Assembly: GCA_046759465.1 (NCBI GenBank)
Contig: JBHICH010000004.1
Span: 81-64,080, forward strand
Source of the DNA: Nitrososphaerales archaeon
GTDB lineage: Archaea > Thermoproteota > Nitrososphaeria > Nitrososphaerales > UBA213
Reading direction: 5' to 3'
DNA length: 64,000 bases
Positions within the stretch are counted from its first letter, which is position 1. Each line of letters opens with the position of its first letter. The position numbers and the translations under genes were made by a program. Below are positions 63,665 through 64,000 of this stretch, one piece after another. The notes beneath the pieces are model-generated. The model was not told the DNA's origin. It ran no database searches and was given only the letters and a program-made list of their open reading frames with translations.

Positions 63665-64000
63665 TTATGAAGGTTTTGGGCAGCCTTCCATTGGCCAGAT
63701 AAGGACATCTTTTCCTGGTAACTGCCATAGCTGGCCTCGATAGAGATCGGTATTGTCGATATGACAGCGATAGCATATGTTAACTGTAACATCCTTCGAT
63801 GGCTTTCCTAACAGTCTCAGGAACTCTTTCGCATACTCCACAGCTTGAGTATCGACCTCGCTAGGCACATCTGTCGGGTTTACCTTATCTGTCGGAATGA
63901 AGACATCGAAGTGAATCTTCCTGTTGTCTGCGTACGTGTTATACACCACGATGTTCTTCGCACTACCGTTGTATGCCTTCAAGGCATTTCCTTCACTCAT
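63665..64000 (-). CDS. DUF2024-like protein
   Basis: 111 aa whose ATG falls exactly at the window end. VYNTYADNRKIHFDVFIP......A.EYAKEFL...G......CYRCH...........G..IWPMEGCP resembles the DUF2024 family. This assignment is from memory. Confidence 0.55.
   Translation of the reverse strand: MSEGNALKAYNGSAKNIVVYNTYADNRKIHFDVFIPTDKVNPTDVPSEVDTQAVEYAKEFLRLLGKPSKDVTVNICYRCHIDNTDLYRGQLWQLPGKDVLIWPMEGCPKPS

Overview
This 64 kb window reads as a gene-dense chromosomal segment of an AT-leaning archaeon, most consistent with Nitrososphaerota (Thaumarchaeota). The evidence is a CdvB/ESCRT-III homologue, primase PriL/PriS, a split aconitase-X pair (archaeal modified mevalonate pathway), a PEFG-like C-terminal anchor, class-III (type IV pilin) signal peptides and many zinc-ribbon mini-proteins. 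I found no rRNA, tRNA, CRISPR array, transposase, integrase or reverse transcriptase. Positions 1-36 kb are mostly housekeeping: queE/queC, thrB, nth, sat plus Fe-S APS reductase, AsnRS, GlyRS, cbiT/L/F, nfo and priL/priS. Positions 36-64 kb look accessory. They carry exported proteins of unknown function, redox-repair and detoxification genes (msrA, msrB, thioredoxin, HtrA, MOSC, AKR, DoxX, flavin reductase), two gene remnants and a roughly 2 kb gene-poor stretch with repeated hairpin motifs. I see no clear-cut new multi-gene system. The best leads are all hypotheses. (1) A glutamate-racemase homologue has both catalytic Cys replaced by Ser. (2) A ThiI homologue has a destroyed PP-loop. (3) A pentapeptide-repeat gene and a surface-anchored ComEC-type MBL nuclease lie next to type IV pilin-like genes. 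(4) A UPF0182 giant membrane protein directly abuts an orphan glutamine amidotransferase. (5) A GGGTA[T/C] hairpin cluster sits in the gene-poor region. (6) An aldo/keto reductase gene is clearly more GC-rich than its flanks, suggesting horizontal transfer. All protein family calls come from reading motifs by eye; no searches were run.
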